This document shows, one piece after another, positions 1 through 8,927 of a stretch of 64,000 bases of DNA. How positions within the stretch are numbered: the first letter of the stretch is position 1; each line of letters begins with the position of its first letter. The stretch comes from a phage, in NCBI GenBank assembly GCA_012747475.1, contig GCA_012747475.1_3928.1; one strand, written 5' to 3'. Position numbers and translations under genes: made by a program. The notes beneath the pieces were generated by a model. The model did no database searches, had not been told where the DNA came from, and saw only the letters and a list, made by a program, of their open reading frames with translations.

Positions 1-1
1 A

Positions 2-103
2 AAAAAAGCTTCTACAATCCAAACAAACAGATGCTTGAAAGTAACTTTGCAGTATCTACAAGTATCGTCCATGACAGAAGCTTTATCCTTTACAAAAATA
101 TGA
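2..103 (+). CDS. partial CDS, 3' end only (gene truncated by window start)
   Basis: frame open from window edge to TGA at 101-103; start not in window. Confidence 0.2.
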   Translation, partial: KKASTIQTNRCLKVTLQYLQVSSMTEALSFTKI

Positions 104-113
104 GAGGTGAGTC

Positions 114-290
114 ATGCAAGCATATTGGATAGAAATTTTACTGTCACTTGGTAGCGTAGCAGTACTTGTTTACCTTCTTTGTAAGTACTATGCAGAGTAC
201 AAGAAGTGTGATTACTGCAACGGAGAAGGGTATACAAGAGCAGGTTGTTGCCCTATGTGTGGCGGTTCTGGTAAAATGTTTAATAAGTAA
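114..290 (+). CDS. 58-aa membrane-anchored miniprotein with two DnaJ-type CxxCxGxG zinc-finger repeats
   Basis: ATG 114 with AGGTGA upstream; hydrophobic helix ILLSLGSVAVLVYLL then CDYCNGEG and CPMCGGSG; below ORF-track size cutoff. Confidence 0.45.
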   Translation: MQAYWIEILLSLGSVAVLVYLLCKYYAEYKKCDYCNGEGYTRAGCCPMCGGSGKMFNK

Positions 291-318
291 TTTAACAGTA
301 AACTAAGAGGAAAGTATT

Positions 319-2685
319 ATGCGCATGGTAAATGACCACGCAGAAGTGATTAAGAGTTCAACTTCTTTAGAGACGTCTCAAGCACAGATTACAATGACAC
401 CTGAGATGTTCAGCCTTTTGAGTTCTGGTGTATATACCTTTAAAGAAAGGGCAGTGATTCGTGAACTGTCATGTAACGCAGTAGATGCTCAGAAAGAAGC
501 TGGAAAAGAGAACATCCCGTTCCATGTGCATTTACCTACTCGTTTTGAGCCTTACTTTGAAGTTCGTGATTTTGGAACTGGATTGACTCATGATAAAGTT
601 ATGAGTTTGTACCTAAACTACGGGGCTTCTACGAAGAATGACTCTAATGACTACATTGGTGCAATGGGTATCGGCTCAAAATCCCCATTTGCAATTGCTC
701 AGTCATTCACAGTATCTAGCTATGTTGATGGTGTTGTTAATAAGTACTCTGTTTATCTTGAGAATGGTATCCCTCAAGTAACTAAGCTGACCACTAACCC
801 AACAAAAGAACCTAATGGTTTAGCTGTACGTGTGGCAGTTGCTGACCACCGTATCTCAAAGTTCTTTGAAGAAGCTGGAAATGTGTACTCATACTTCACT
901 GTAAAACCAGAAAGTAATATTGAGTACGACGATGTATTAGCAGATATGAACGTCATTGCCCGTGAAGAAGGTGTTTATGATGCCATGATTCATAAGCAAA
1001 GCTGGCGTTCTAGTGGTAACAGGACAGAGTTTAATGTGGTGATGGGTAACATTGCCTACCCTGTTAATATGGAAGCATTACTTGGCGATGATTTCTTCAA
1101 AGTATTGCCAGAATTTTTCCGTAGGAGCGTAGACCTTGTAAACATCTACATGCCTATTGGTTCAGTTGCTATTGCAGCTTCTCGTGAAGCATTGCAGATG
1201 AATGACACGACAAAAAATGTTATCATTGAGGCTACTAAAAAGATAACTGAAGCAATTACAAAGGATGTTATCAAGAAAGTTAATAGCCAACCTACACTCA
1301 TGGATGCTGCACAGGCTTATGCTGAGTTACGTTTGAACTCACGAGAGATGTTTAATGCTGTGTGTCCAAAGCTAGAGTGGGGAGGTGTTAAGCTTGATTC
1401 TCTGGAAGAAGAATTACTAAACATTCGTCGTGGAATTATCTACGCAGAAGACGGCTCAGTCATTTACGAACGTGACGGTAAAGGCAATATCAAGGTTGAT
1501 AGGAACGGGAACAATATCCCTAAAGTAGATTATCTTTATGACCCAGTTGCTTATGTCAAGTTCAACTCTTTAGAGAGTAAGATTCGTGCAACATCGCTTT
1601 CCTACACTCAAGAGGCAAGTATGTTCAATATCTTTGGCGCAATGCGTAAAAGTCAAATTGAACAGTTTTTGTTTGTTATAAATGACCGTCGAAATAAAAA
1701 TGGTACTGAGAAGACTGTAGGACGCAACCAAATCTTGCGTGGTGCATGTCGAGACTATGCCAGTGAGTCAAGTCTGTTTCACAGATACAATGGTATTGTC
1801 TTTGTATTCTCTACAGAGAAAGAGCTAGACGACTTAATCAATCTGCACAAACTTGATAAAAGCTTGTTAAAGATTGTGAAGATGTCTGATAAGGAACATC
1901 ATTATCAGCGTAAAGAAGCTGTAAGAGGCGTTGTAAAACTTTGGAAAGCTGTTCCAGCAGAAGGTGTAGCTTCCTATAAAGAGGTTTCAGAGGACTTAGA
2001 TACGATTGAAGAGCCTCAGCTTTATATTAAGGCAGTAGGCGACACAGTTGATGGCGAATGTTTTTGCTCATCTCCAGAAGATGTAGCTAAGTCAGTTGCC
2101 AATGTCATTGGAAAGAAAGTATATGTTTTCCGAAAAGCAAATTGGAAAAAGATACCAGAAGACTGGATTGAAGTAGATGAGAAGCTCTTGAATGACAGCT
2201 TAACTGATGTTCACTGGATTAACCATAACAGGTATATGACACGTATCTATATGAATGGTGTCCTTGACCTTACAAGCAGTTGGATTATTGCCAGAAACTT
2301 TACGTTCAATAACAGGAAGATTTCTCGTGGCTATTGTTATTCGCGGGATACAAACAAAACTATCTTCTTAGAAGGTAATGAAGATGCTGTAGAGGCAATG
2401 TTTGGTAAAATCCAATACGTTGCTGCACCATTTGCATACACTTACATTATTAGTGTGTTGCAAGATTTGAAAAGGTGTCTTGATAATGATACAAAGCTTT
2501 ACAAGAAAATTAAGAAAGCTGGCGACCGTATGGTTATTAAGGTGACAAACTACCTTTCAAAAAGAAAACAAGAAAACTTCTTGCTTTCTCATTTAGATTG
2601 GAATAAAGTGTCACCCATCGAAGTGAGTAAGTTCTTAGGCTTTGATGTGAAGTGTGTTCCAGAAGGAACTACAGTTTACGATTAA
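319..2685 (+). CDS. rIIA: rIIA-like protein with N-terminal GHKL (Bergerat-fold) ATPase domain
   Basis: 788 aa; motifs RELSCNAVDA (N box), DFGTG (G1), GAMGIGSKS (G2); followed by a second large gene as in rIIA-rIIB pairs. Confidence 0.55.
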   Translation: MRMVNDHAEVIKSSTSLETSQAQITMTPEMFSLLSSGVYTFKERAVIRELSCNAVDAQKEAGKENIPFHVHLPTRFEPYFEVRDFGTGLTHDKVMSLYLNYGASTKNDSNDYIGAMGIGSKSPFAIAQSFTVSSYVDGVVNKYSVYLENGIPQVTKLTTNPTKEPNGLAVRVAVADHRISKFFEEAGNVYSYFTVKPESNIEYDDVLADMNVIAREEGVYDAMIHKQSWRSSGNRTEFNVVMGNIAYPVNMEALLGDDFFKVLPEFFRRSVDLVNIYMPIGSVAIAASREALQMNDTTKNVIIEATKKITEAITKDVIKKVNSQPTLMDAAQAYAELRLNSREMFNAVCPKLEWGGVKLDSLEEELLNIRRGIIYAEDGSVIYERDGKGNIKVDRNGNNIPKVDYLYDPVAYVKFNSLESKIRATSLSYTQEASMFNIFGAMRKSQIEQFLFVINDRRNKNGTEKTVGRNQILRGACRDYASESSLFHRYNGIVFVFSTEKELDDLINLHKLDKSLLKIVKMSDKEHHYQRKEAVRGVVKLWKAVPAEGVASYKEVSEDLDTIEEPQLYIKAVGDTVDGECFCSSPEDVAKSVANVIGKKVYVFRKANWKKIPEDWIEVDEKLLNDSLTDVHWINHNRYMTRIYMNGVLDLTSSWIIARNFTFNNRKISRGYCYSRDTNKTIFLEGNEDAVEAMFGKIQYVAAPFAYTYIISVLQDLKRCLDNDTKLYKKIKKAGDRMVIKVTNYLSKRKQENFLLSHLDWNKVSPIEVSKFLGFDVKCVPEGTTVYD

Positions 2686-2764
2686 AGTGTTTGACAAGGG
2701 GCTTTGAAGCCCCTTAGAATATCCTCACAAAATGATTTATTAACTAACAAGAGAGAGTAATAAG

Positions 2765-3874
2765 ATGACTACTAAAACTAAAGCACAGATTGACGCAGAA
2801 ATTTACAAACTGGTTAAAGAAGGTAAGCTGACTAAAACAGCTATTGCACAGAAATTTAATACTTCAACCCGTTCAGTCGGTCGTGCTGTAGAGCGTCATG
2901 AAGCAACCTTAAAAGGTAAGAAAAAGGTTGCTTCTACACCAGCTACGAAGACTTTGAAGCAAGTTGCTAAGACCTTTAAGAAGAAAGCTGACAAACCAGT
3001 TGAAAAGGTAGTTAAAGAGTCTGTACAGAAAGCTCCGGTGAATAAACTGCATGAAGCTATGCAGAAAGATGACAAGATTGAGTACATGATTACTGGTGAC
3101 TCTGTAATTATGACTTACGGTTCAGAATCTGAAATTGTTGAGTCTACTCATCCGAACTATCAAGATATTGTAGTTCATGTTGTGAAAGGTGAGTTTAAGA
3201 AAGCCTTTGAACTGATGAACATTCGTAAGTCTATCGAAAACTTCACTCAGGGTGCTATCACAATCAAAGGTGACAAGCTATTCTACGGTGCTGTTGAGAT
3301 GCGTTCTACTCTGGTTGACCGTATTCTTCACATGATGAAGACTGGGGATAAAGGTTTTGAACGCCTTGTGATGTTCTTCGAAAAACTGATGGAAAACCCA
3401 TCTAAAGATTCTGTAGAACAACTTTGGGGCTTCGTATCTCACCTTGATGTTGAAATTGATGAAGAAGGTTACATCATTGGTTGGAAGAAAGTATCTACTC
3501 GTGAAGGCAAGTTGGTTGATTCTCACACCTACAGAGTGCCTAATGATTTGGGTAACATTGTAGAAATGCCACGTTGGATGGTTGATAATAACCGTAACGT
3601 GACTTGCTCTCAAGGTCTTCATGTTGGTGCTTGGGATTATGTTCGTTGTTTCTCAGGTGATACAATTCTGAAGGTTCGTGTCCATCCACGAGATGTTGTA
3701 TCTGTTCCAACTGATTACAACGATATGAAGATGCGCTCATCTCGTTATGAAGTTGCAGCAATCGTTGATAATCAACGTAAAGTGTTGAAAGCATGGGATG
3801 GCAAGACTGAAGCTTTACATGTCATCGTTGGTACTGCTGGTGAACTCATCTCTCAGCGTAAACGTGAAATCTAA
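2765..3874 (+). CDS. rIIB: rIIB-like protein (assigned by position and size)
   Basis: 369 aa directly downstream of rIIA-like gene; N-terminal HTH-like segment; terminator follows. Confidence 0.4.
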   Translation: MTTKTKAQIDAEIYKLVKEGKLTKTAIAQKFNTSTRSVGRAVERHEATLKGKKKVASTPATKTLKQVAKTFKKKADKPVEKVVKESVQKAPVNKLHEAMQKDDKIEYMITGDSVIMTYGSESEIVESTHPNYQDIVVHVVKGEFKKAFELMNIRKSIENFTQGAITIKGDKLFYGAVEMRSTLVDRILHMMKTGDKGFERLVMFFEKLMENPSKDSVEQLWGFVSHLDVEIDEEGYIIGWKKVSTREGKLVDSHTYRVPNDLGNIVEMPRWMVDNNRNVTCSQGLHVGAWDYVRCFSGDTILKVRVHPRDVVSVPTDYNDMKMRSSRYEVAAIVDNQRKVLKAWDGKTEALHVIVGTAGELISQRKREI

Positions 3875-3889
3875 TAAGTAATTTCTTAA

Positions 3890-3916
3890 AAGGCTGCTTC
3901 GGCGGCCTTTTTTATT
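3890..3916 (+). terminator. intrinsic terminator after rIIB-like gene
   Basis: hairpin GGCTGC-TTCG-GCGGCC followed by TTTTTTATTT. Confidence 0.7.
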
Positions 3917-3943
3917 TGTATTTTGTGCAGAGTGCTGTATAAT
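3916..3943 (+). promoter_or_regulatory. sigma70-like promoter (strong -10 TATAAT, weak -35)
   Basis: TATAAT at 3938-3943; TTGTAT-like -35 about 17 bp upstream. Confidence 0.35.
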
Positions 3944-3974
3944 TGTTGTCACGATAAACTAAACAGGAGAGCCA

Positions 3975-4523
3975 ATGAAGAAATTGATTCTAGGCTTGTG
4001 CTTAATGTTTACAGCACACTTATCTTATGCAGTTGACTGCCCAGAGCTAACAATTAGCCAAAAAGTAAACATGTTAAAAGCTTACCAGTATGGTGAGAAT
4101 AATATGGGGAAAGGCTGGGGTATTACTCTAGCAGCTATAGCCTTACAAGAGTCAGAGTTAGGTCTGAAGGTAGAGAATAAAAAGACCCACGACTATGGTA
4201 TTTTCCAGAATCACTTGAAGACTGTTGTAAAGCGTAACAAAATTAGTCCTAATGTGGCTAAAAAGAAACTCTTAAAAGACTTTGACTATGCAGCAAAAGA
4301 GACACATAAAGAGCTTGAGTTTTGGACTAAGGTGCATGGTCACCCAAAGTCAAAGAAGACTTTACAAAAAGTTTTAGCATCATATAATGCTGGGTATTCG
4401 TACAAAATCCCTAAAGCTAAGAAATACTCTCAAGATGTCTATAACAATATGAAAGTTATCGCTCAATGTGAATTTGCAACAAACATTTCTAAGGTAAATC
4501 ATGAAAAAATTAAGAAAGTCTGA
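3975..4523 (+). CDS. secreted lytic transglycosylase-like protein
   Basis: signal peptide MKKLILGLCLMFTAHLSYA; SLT-like motif ALQESELG...DYGIFQ. Confidence 0.45.
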   Translation: MKKLILGLCLMFTAHLSYAVDCPELTISQKVNMLKAYQYGENNMGKGWGITLAAIALQESELGLKVENKKTHDYGIFQNHLKTVVKRNKISPNVAKKKLLKDFDYAAKETHKELEFWTKVHGHPKSKKTLQKVLASYNAGYSYKIPKAKKYSQDVYNNMKVIAQCEFATNISKVNHEKIKKV

Positions 4524-5196
4524 TGAAGTCCTGTGCCATGCTTATGACTTGCATCCTCATGAGTTAGGTCTTGATTCCTGTGTATGGACTCCAGAACAGT
4601 GCAGGGATTTTGAAGACACTGCAAGAGAAGTTGTATGTTCACTTGAAGAGTTCCACACATCAGAACCAATTGTGAACGTTGTGGACAAAGAGACTGGACA
4701 GGCTATAGGTGTAAGACGTGACAGTTTAGTCATAGTCAATAAAGACCTTGTAGAAAAAGGTAACCTCATCTTAGCAGATATTGATGGTGTTCTTACAAAT
4801 TTTAATCACGAAGATTGCTCAACGGAACTGATTGATGGTTCATTTTCACAGTACACTAATTTGCTTGATTCTGTAAGTGCAAAACCAACGTATGTTTTCA
4901 ATATTATTGATGCAATCTCTAATCATACTGCTATTGGACTCTTGACAGCAAGAGGTGAATCTCAGAGAGTACCTACTGAGATGTTTTTAAGGCATTACAT
5001 AGAGCATGATTACATGCTTTTTATGCGTGGTTTTGGAACTAACTCTATAAGTGCAGAAAGTTTGAAAGTGAGGATGATTCAGTCTTGCATTCTTCCTTAC
5101 TTTAATATAGTATGCTTTATAGAAGATACAGAGAAGAATGTTCAGAAGGTAAACAGAATCCTTCCACACATTAAAACCATGTTAGTTAAACATTGA
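4501..5196 (+). CDS. HAD-superfamily phosphatase/nucleotidase-like protein
   Basis: HAD motif I DIDGVL (LILADIDGVLTNF); no kinase P-loop. Confidence 0.35.
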   Translation: MKKLRKSDEVLCHAYDLHPHELGLDSCVWTPEQCRDFEDTAREVVCSLEEFHTSEPIVNVVDKETGQAIGVRRDSLVIVNKDLVEKGNLILADIDGVLTNFNHEDCSTELIDGSFSQYTNLLDSVSAKPTYVFNIIDAISNHTAIGLLTARGESQRVPTEMFLRHYIEHDYMLFMRGFGTNSISAESLKVRMIQSCILPYFNIVCFIEDTEKNVQKVNRILPHIKTMLVKH

Positions 5197-5206
5197 GAGA
5201 AAACTT

Positions 5207-5671
5207 ATGAACAATATCATTACGGTAGCACTGGACGATACGGCAAACAAATCTGCAATAGTTCGTAAAATGATTCAAGGTAACTTTGAAGGTAAAATTT
5301 TTCGTGCTGTTAATGTAAAAGCTGATGGCAGCATTCGTGAATATCGTGCATTATTGAATGTTAAAAAACACGTAAAAGGTGCTGGTTCAACTACTGCACA
5401 CAAAGAAAACCTGATGACTATCTATGATATGGGCAAGGCTTCAGAGTTAGGTGCTGAAGGTATCGTTAAAGAAGGTGCTCCGTATCGCTCTTTCAATCTG
5501 GAAACTACTCTTATGCTTTCCTTTACAAGTGGTTCTAAAACAATCACTTATCTCTTTACTGATGCTGCAACGGTATCTGCTATTAAGGATAGCACTGTCA
5601 AAGCTGGCGTAGTTGCTGCTGCAAAAGCTTCTTCGATGGCTGCGAATATCCTTGCTAAAGTCCTCGGTTAA
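5207..5671 (+). CDS. hypothetical protein
   Basis: ORF track; co-directional tiling; terminator follows. Confidence 0.5.
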   Translation: MNNIITVALDDTANKSAIVRKMIQGNFEGKIFRAVNVKADGSIREYRALLNVKKHVKGAGSTTAHKENLMTIYDMGKASELGAEGIVKEGAPYRSFNLETTLMLSFTSGSKTITYLFTDAATVSAIKDSTVKAGVVAAAKASSMAANILAKVLG

Positions 5672-5682
5672 GGTTAAGATAC

Positions 5683-5708
5683 AGGCTCCTTCGGGAGCCT
5701 TTTTCATT
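5683..5708 (+). terminator. intrinsic terminator
   Basis: hairpin AGGCTCC-TTCG-GGAGCCT followed by TTTTCATTTC. Confidence 0.7.
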
Positions 5709-5723
5709 TCAGGAGATTGTTAA

Positions 5724-6071
5724 ATGACATTTAAAGAGTTCTGTCAAGCTACTTTCATAATTGTTTTCTTAGTTGGGGCAGGTGTCTGGGGAGGATACTC
5801 TTACAGAGACTATCAAGTTGCTGAAACTGAGCTAAACAATCAAAAGCTCATAAGTGTTGCTAAAGATGCTTATCAGGAAGGATTAGTCGCACTGAGCACC
5901 AATTACAAAAATGATTTGAAAGATGTGCTTGCTAAGAATAAGCATACAAAAGAGGTATTAACATATGAAAAAACTAAGCCAGAGTTTTATAATGTTTGTG
6001 TTACTGATAGCTATGTCAGGGTGTTCAACGAACAAAGTGAACAGTACATTCAAAAACTCCCAAGTAAGTGA
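5724..6071 (+). CDS. i-spanin (Rz)-like type II membrane protein
   Basis: 115 aa; N-terminal TM helix FIIVFLVGAGVWGGY; 3' end overlapped in another frame by a lipoprotein gene. Confidence 0.45.
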   Translation: MTFKEFCQATFIIVFLVGAGVWGGYSYRDYQVAETELNNQKLISVAKDAYQEGLVALSTNYKNDLKDVLAKNKHTKEVLTYEKTKPEFYNVCVTDSYVRVFNEQSEQYIQKLPSK

Positions 6072-6234
6072 GAGCGATAAGTACACTCAAGAAGAATCAC
6101 GGTATATCATCAAAGGCAACACAGGCAGTGATGTAGCAGCAGCACTTGAGTTCTACCGTGACGGCTTTTACCAGTGTACAATTAAAGCTAATAACCTTAT
6201 TGACATGATTTTATTAGGGAATAATCAGCAATGA
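5965..6234 (+). CDS. o-spanin (Rz1)-like outer-membrane lipoprotein
   Basis: signal peptide plus lipobox-like AMSGC; starts inside 3' end of 5724..6071 in +1 frame (overlapped spanin architecture). Confidence 0.45.
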   Translation: MKKLSQSFIMFVLLIAMSGCSTNKVNSTFKNSQVSESDKYTQEESRYIIKGNTGSDVAAALEFYRDGFYQCTIKANNLIDMILLGNNQQ

Positions 6235-6500
6235 CAGAGAATCAAGATACTTTCTATGTAGAAGGTTACTTACTGTTGCCACGACCAAAAGAAACTTATA
6301 TGCGAATTGACTTCTCGCCAACCATTATGGATAATGTGATGTGTCATATCTTTATGCAAGGTATCACAGCACAGCTTAAGCATGTTGGTAAAGAGTGCAA
6401 AATAAAGGTTGACACTCATCCAGAAATCAAAGAGAATCACTACACATGGTTCTTACCAGACTCTAAAGAAATCTTAGCAGTTCTTAAAACGAGGAAGTAA
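6231..6500 (+). CDS. hypothetical protein
   Basis: ORF track; stop/start overlap with upstream gene. Confidence 0.5.
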   Translation: MTENQDTFYVEGYLLLPRPKETYMRIDFSPTIMDNVMCHIFMQGITAQLKHVGKECKIKVDTHPEIKENHYTWFLPDSKEILAVLKTRK

Positions 6501-6502
6501 CT

Positions 6503-6829
6503 ATGCAGATTAATGGAAGAGATTTTGTAGCCGTTTACTACGAGAAAGATAAAGAGGTTGGTGTAGCACAAGTAACTTACGGCAATGGTAAGTGGCTATA
6601 TGGAACAATTGCAGTGGTCGGAACAAGAAGTGACACAAAAACTTTTAAAGATTGTGTTGACCTTCTTGAAGAATCCATTCAGAATCATTGGTGTCTGATA
6701 TGGATGACTGACAACGAAGTGATAGAACGCTTCAAAAAGATTGATATCAACATTGATAGTATTGAGCATGTTGATTTATACGAGCTAACTGAGAAGGTAA
6801 ACTATGAAAGTAATACTAGCCAGAGATAA
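6503..6829 (+). CDS. hypothetical protein
   Basis: ORF track; tiling. Confidence 0.5.
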   Translation: MQINGRDFVAVYYEKDKEVGVAQVTYGNGKWLYGTIAVVGTRSDTKTFKDCVDLLEESIQNHWCLIWMTDNEVIERFKKIDINIDSIEHVDLYELTEKVNYESNTSQR

Positions 6830-7031
6830 AAAGACACGAAAGCTTATCAGGTCAGCAGTGTTCATTGGACGAAATGAGGTCATCCCATTTACAGCAAATG
6901 ATGTGATAGCTTACAGGAAGAACTTAGTATTCACTGACTGCTTACGTGGCTTCATCTCTGAACCATTGGAAGACTTTAAAAGTCGTTGTGGTAAAGGTAT
7001 CATCATTCAAGAGGCAATTATTCATGGCTGA
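6804..7031 (+). CDS. hypothetical protein
   Basis: ORF track; short overlap with neighbours. Confidence 0.45.
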   Translation: MKVILARDKKTRKLIRSAVFIGRNEVIPFTANDVIAYRKNLVFTDCLRGFISEPLEDFKSRCGKGIIIQEAIIHG

Positions 7032-7224
7032 CTTCTGTAAAGATTGTTCTATCGAAATGTTCGGACGTGATACAGGTGACTTAAAAGGTCTTATCACTGA
7101 AGATGACTTTAAAGCTGGTTATGCAATGCCAGTAATCTGTGAAGGTTGTGGGTGCATCTGGGTAGACCACGAAGGGCAGCGTGTAAAACCTTCAGAAGAT
7201 AAAGAATCTTGGGAGAGATGTTAA
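7024..7224 (+). CDS. small Cys-rich (zinc-finger-like) protein
   Basis: internal ATG 7024 of track ORF 6946..7224 removes long overlap; CKDC ... CEGCGC. Confidence 0.4.
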   Translation: MADFCKDCSIEMFGRDTGDLKGLITEDDFKAGYAMPVICEGCGCIWVDHEGQRVKPSEDKESWERC

Positions 7225-8010
7225 ATGGGTATTGTAAAAATCATCAATGGCGATATCTTTGCCGCATTTGATAAAGGTAAGTTTGACATTATTGGTCACG
7301 GTTGCAACTGTATGAATTTAATGGGTGCAGGTATCGCTGACAAGATTTCTAAACTTTACCCAAAAGCATATGAGACAGATACAGAAGTCTATCTATATGC
7401 AGGTGGCATAGGTCACAAACCCTGTGAAAATTTACTGGGTAATTTCTCTGTAGCACGTTTAAAACAAGGTCGTATAGCTAACCTTTACACTCAGCTTAAG
7501 ACTGGTAAAGATGCCCGATACAGTGCTTTAGAGTCATCTTTGAAACAGCTTAACAGATACTGTGAAGTTAACCAGTTGAAGAAGGTTGGTCTACCTATGA
7601 TTGGTGCAGGTATCGGTGGACTTGACCCTCAAGCTGTCACAGTTATCATCAATCAGGTGATGAAGAGTGTAGATGTTTATCTGTATGTCTATGAAGGAGA
7701 GATGTACCACAAGTTACGCTCAGGTTGGAAGAACTACTGTGAACCAGAATACTTTGCAGGTGTAGCAGTGTTCACGGATAACGCAGTTACCCTCTTCAGA
7801 CGAAGAAAAGGTAAGATACATCAAAGTAACCCTCCGGTTGAAAGGATGTCTCTAAGTAACGCTCTAGTTACCCACCTGTCGAAGAGCAATCACAGAATAG
7901 CTGTGACATTTGGTAGTGATGCAGATGCTTACATCTATGCAAGAACTGATGAGGATATCGAGACAGTTTTCTCTTCGCCAGAAGTTACCTTCTTAGACGC
8001 AAAGAACTAA
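7225..8010 (+). CDS. macro-domain-like (ADP-ribose binding/hydrolase fold) protein with C-terminal extension
   Basis: IKIINGDI...DIIGHGCNCMNLMGAGIA and VGLPMIGAGIGGLDPQ resemble macro-domain core motifs. Confidence 0.45.
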   Translation: MGIVKIINGDIFAAFDKGKFDIIGHGCNCMNLMGAGIADKISKLYPKAYETDTEVYLYAGGIGHKPCENLLGNFSVARLKQGRIANLYTQLKTGKDARYSALESSLKQLNRYCEVNQLKKVGLPMIGAGIGGLDPQAVTVIINQVMKSVDVYLYVYEGEMYHKLRSGWKNYCEPEYFAGVAVFTDNAVTLFRRRKGKIHQSNPPVERMSLSNALVTHLSKSNHRIAVTFGSDADAYIYARTDEDIETVFSSPEVTFLDAKN

Positions 8011-8080
8011 GAAACTTCGTAGGATATTCACAATAGACTAAGCCTTTCTTATCTGGTAAATTTTTCAGGTAAGGAGGGCT

Positions 8081-8263
8081 TTTTCATTTCAGGATTGTGC
8101 AGGTAGGGTTCTGTAGAGAAATCTATAGAGAAAATTTTGAACTCCAAAGAGAAAATTCATTTTCAAACTGTGCAGGTAATCTCCAAAGAGCTTTTTCATT
8201 TTCAAAACGTGCAGACCCCGCTCAGGTCGGGCAAGAAAAATCATTTTAGAATTGTGCAGGTAG
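8081..8263 (+). repeat. four direct repeats, core TCATTTTCA-N4-TGTGCAGGTA
   Basis: copies at 8081, 8153, 8193, 8238; ORF-free. Confidence 0.6.
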
Positions 8264-8281
8264 GTTTTTATAGACAGCCAG

Positions 8282-8317
8282 CCCAACCCCTCTCCCCCTC
8301 TTACTCCCCCTCTCCCC
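8282..8317 (-). repeat. polypyrimidine C-run tract (G-quadruplex motif on minus strand)
   Basis: CCC-AA-CCCC-TCT-CCCCC-TCTTACT-CCCCC-TCT-CCCC; five G runs >=3 on minus strand. Confidence 0.6.
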
Positions 8318-8438
8318 AAAAGTCAAGAGAAAAATTTGTAGCGGATTGAAAAATAATTCTTGATTTGCGTTCTGTTTTGTGGTAGTCGTGCGCACCCGTT
8401 TCATTACAGTTTTGCCAAAAATATTTTTAAAATTTTTA

Positions 8439-8530
8439 TTGACTCTTTGAACGTGGTTATCTAATATTTACATCAACGGGGAGGGAATGACCTTCCCCAC
8501 TAAATAAAATCCTAAACTGGAGATTCAAAA
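8439..8530 (+). promoter_or_regulatory. class A cassette: promoter + 5' leader stem-loop + SD
   Basis: TTGACT(8439)-17bp-TAATAT(8462); hairpin GGGGAGGGAATGACCTTCCCC; conserved AAACTGGAGATTC before ATG. Confidence 0.6.
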
Positions 8531-8719
8531 ATGGCATCAAGAAAAATTAAAGTTGGCGATGAGGTTAACATTAAGCACGAATACTCTTACAAAATGCTAA
8601 CTATACGCTCTTATAAGGTTTATCAGGTGGAAGCTATCCACAAAGATAATACTTTTTCCTTAAAAGGGTATAGCGAACGTTTCCCTGCTGAACTCTTTGA
8701 GAAATGGAGCGCGAAATAA
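8531..8719 (+). CDS. small hypothetical protein (62 aa)
   Basis: ORF track; ATG directly after class A cassette. Confidence 0.5.
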   Translation: MASRKIKVGDEVNIKHEYSYKMLTIRSYKVYQVEAIHKDNTFSLKGYSERFPAELFEKWSAK

Positions 8720-8925
8720 TGCTTTACAGTCGTGAATTGATGGTTACAACTAACGTTAACACAAAGGTAAAACGTTTTTACATGCAAATTTGTGGCGTAT
8801 GGTCTAGAATATCAGAAGCTGACTATTGCAACTATGTAGAAACAGCTATAAACTCTAATTGCTACCTTACAAGAAACACTAAGAACTTTATAAGACAGTC
8901 AGCAATTTACTACTACGATAAATAA
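8719..8925 (+). CDS. small hypothetical protein
   Basis: ATG overlapping upstream stop (TAATG); track ORF starts at 8704. Confidence 0.45.
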   Translation: MLYSRELMVTTNVNTKVKRFYMQICGVWSRISEADYCNYVETAINSNCYLTRNTKNFIRQSAIYYYDK

Positions 8926-8927
8926 AA

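Noticed and set aside
774-5707. Antisense ORFs embedded in rIIA, rIIB and neighbouring genes (774-956, 2896-3087, 3278-3622, 3540-3794, 4557-4769, 4987-5169, 5447-5707)
   Set aside because: Entirely contained within longer sense-strand genes with recognisable motifs; no independent start signals.
8089-8349. Track ORFs 8089-8319(-) and 8137-8349(+)
   Set aside because: They run through the direct repeats and the C-run tract; low-complexity translation (poly-Pro/Gly/Ser), no SD; region judged regulatory.
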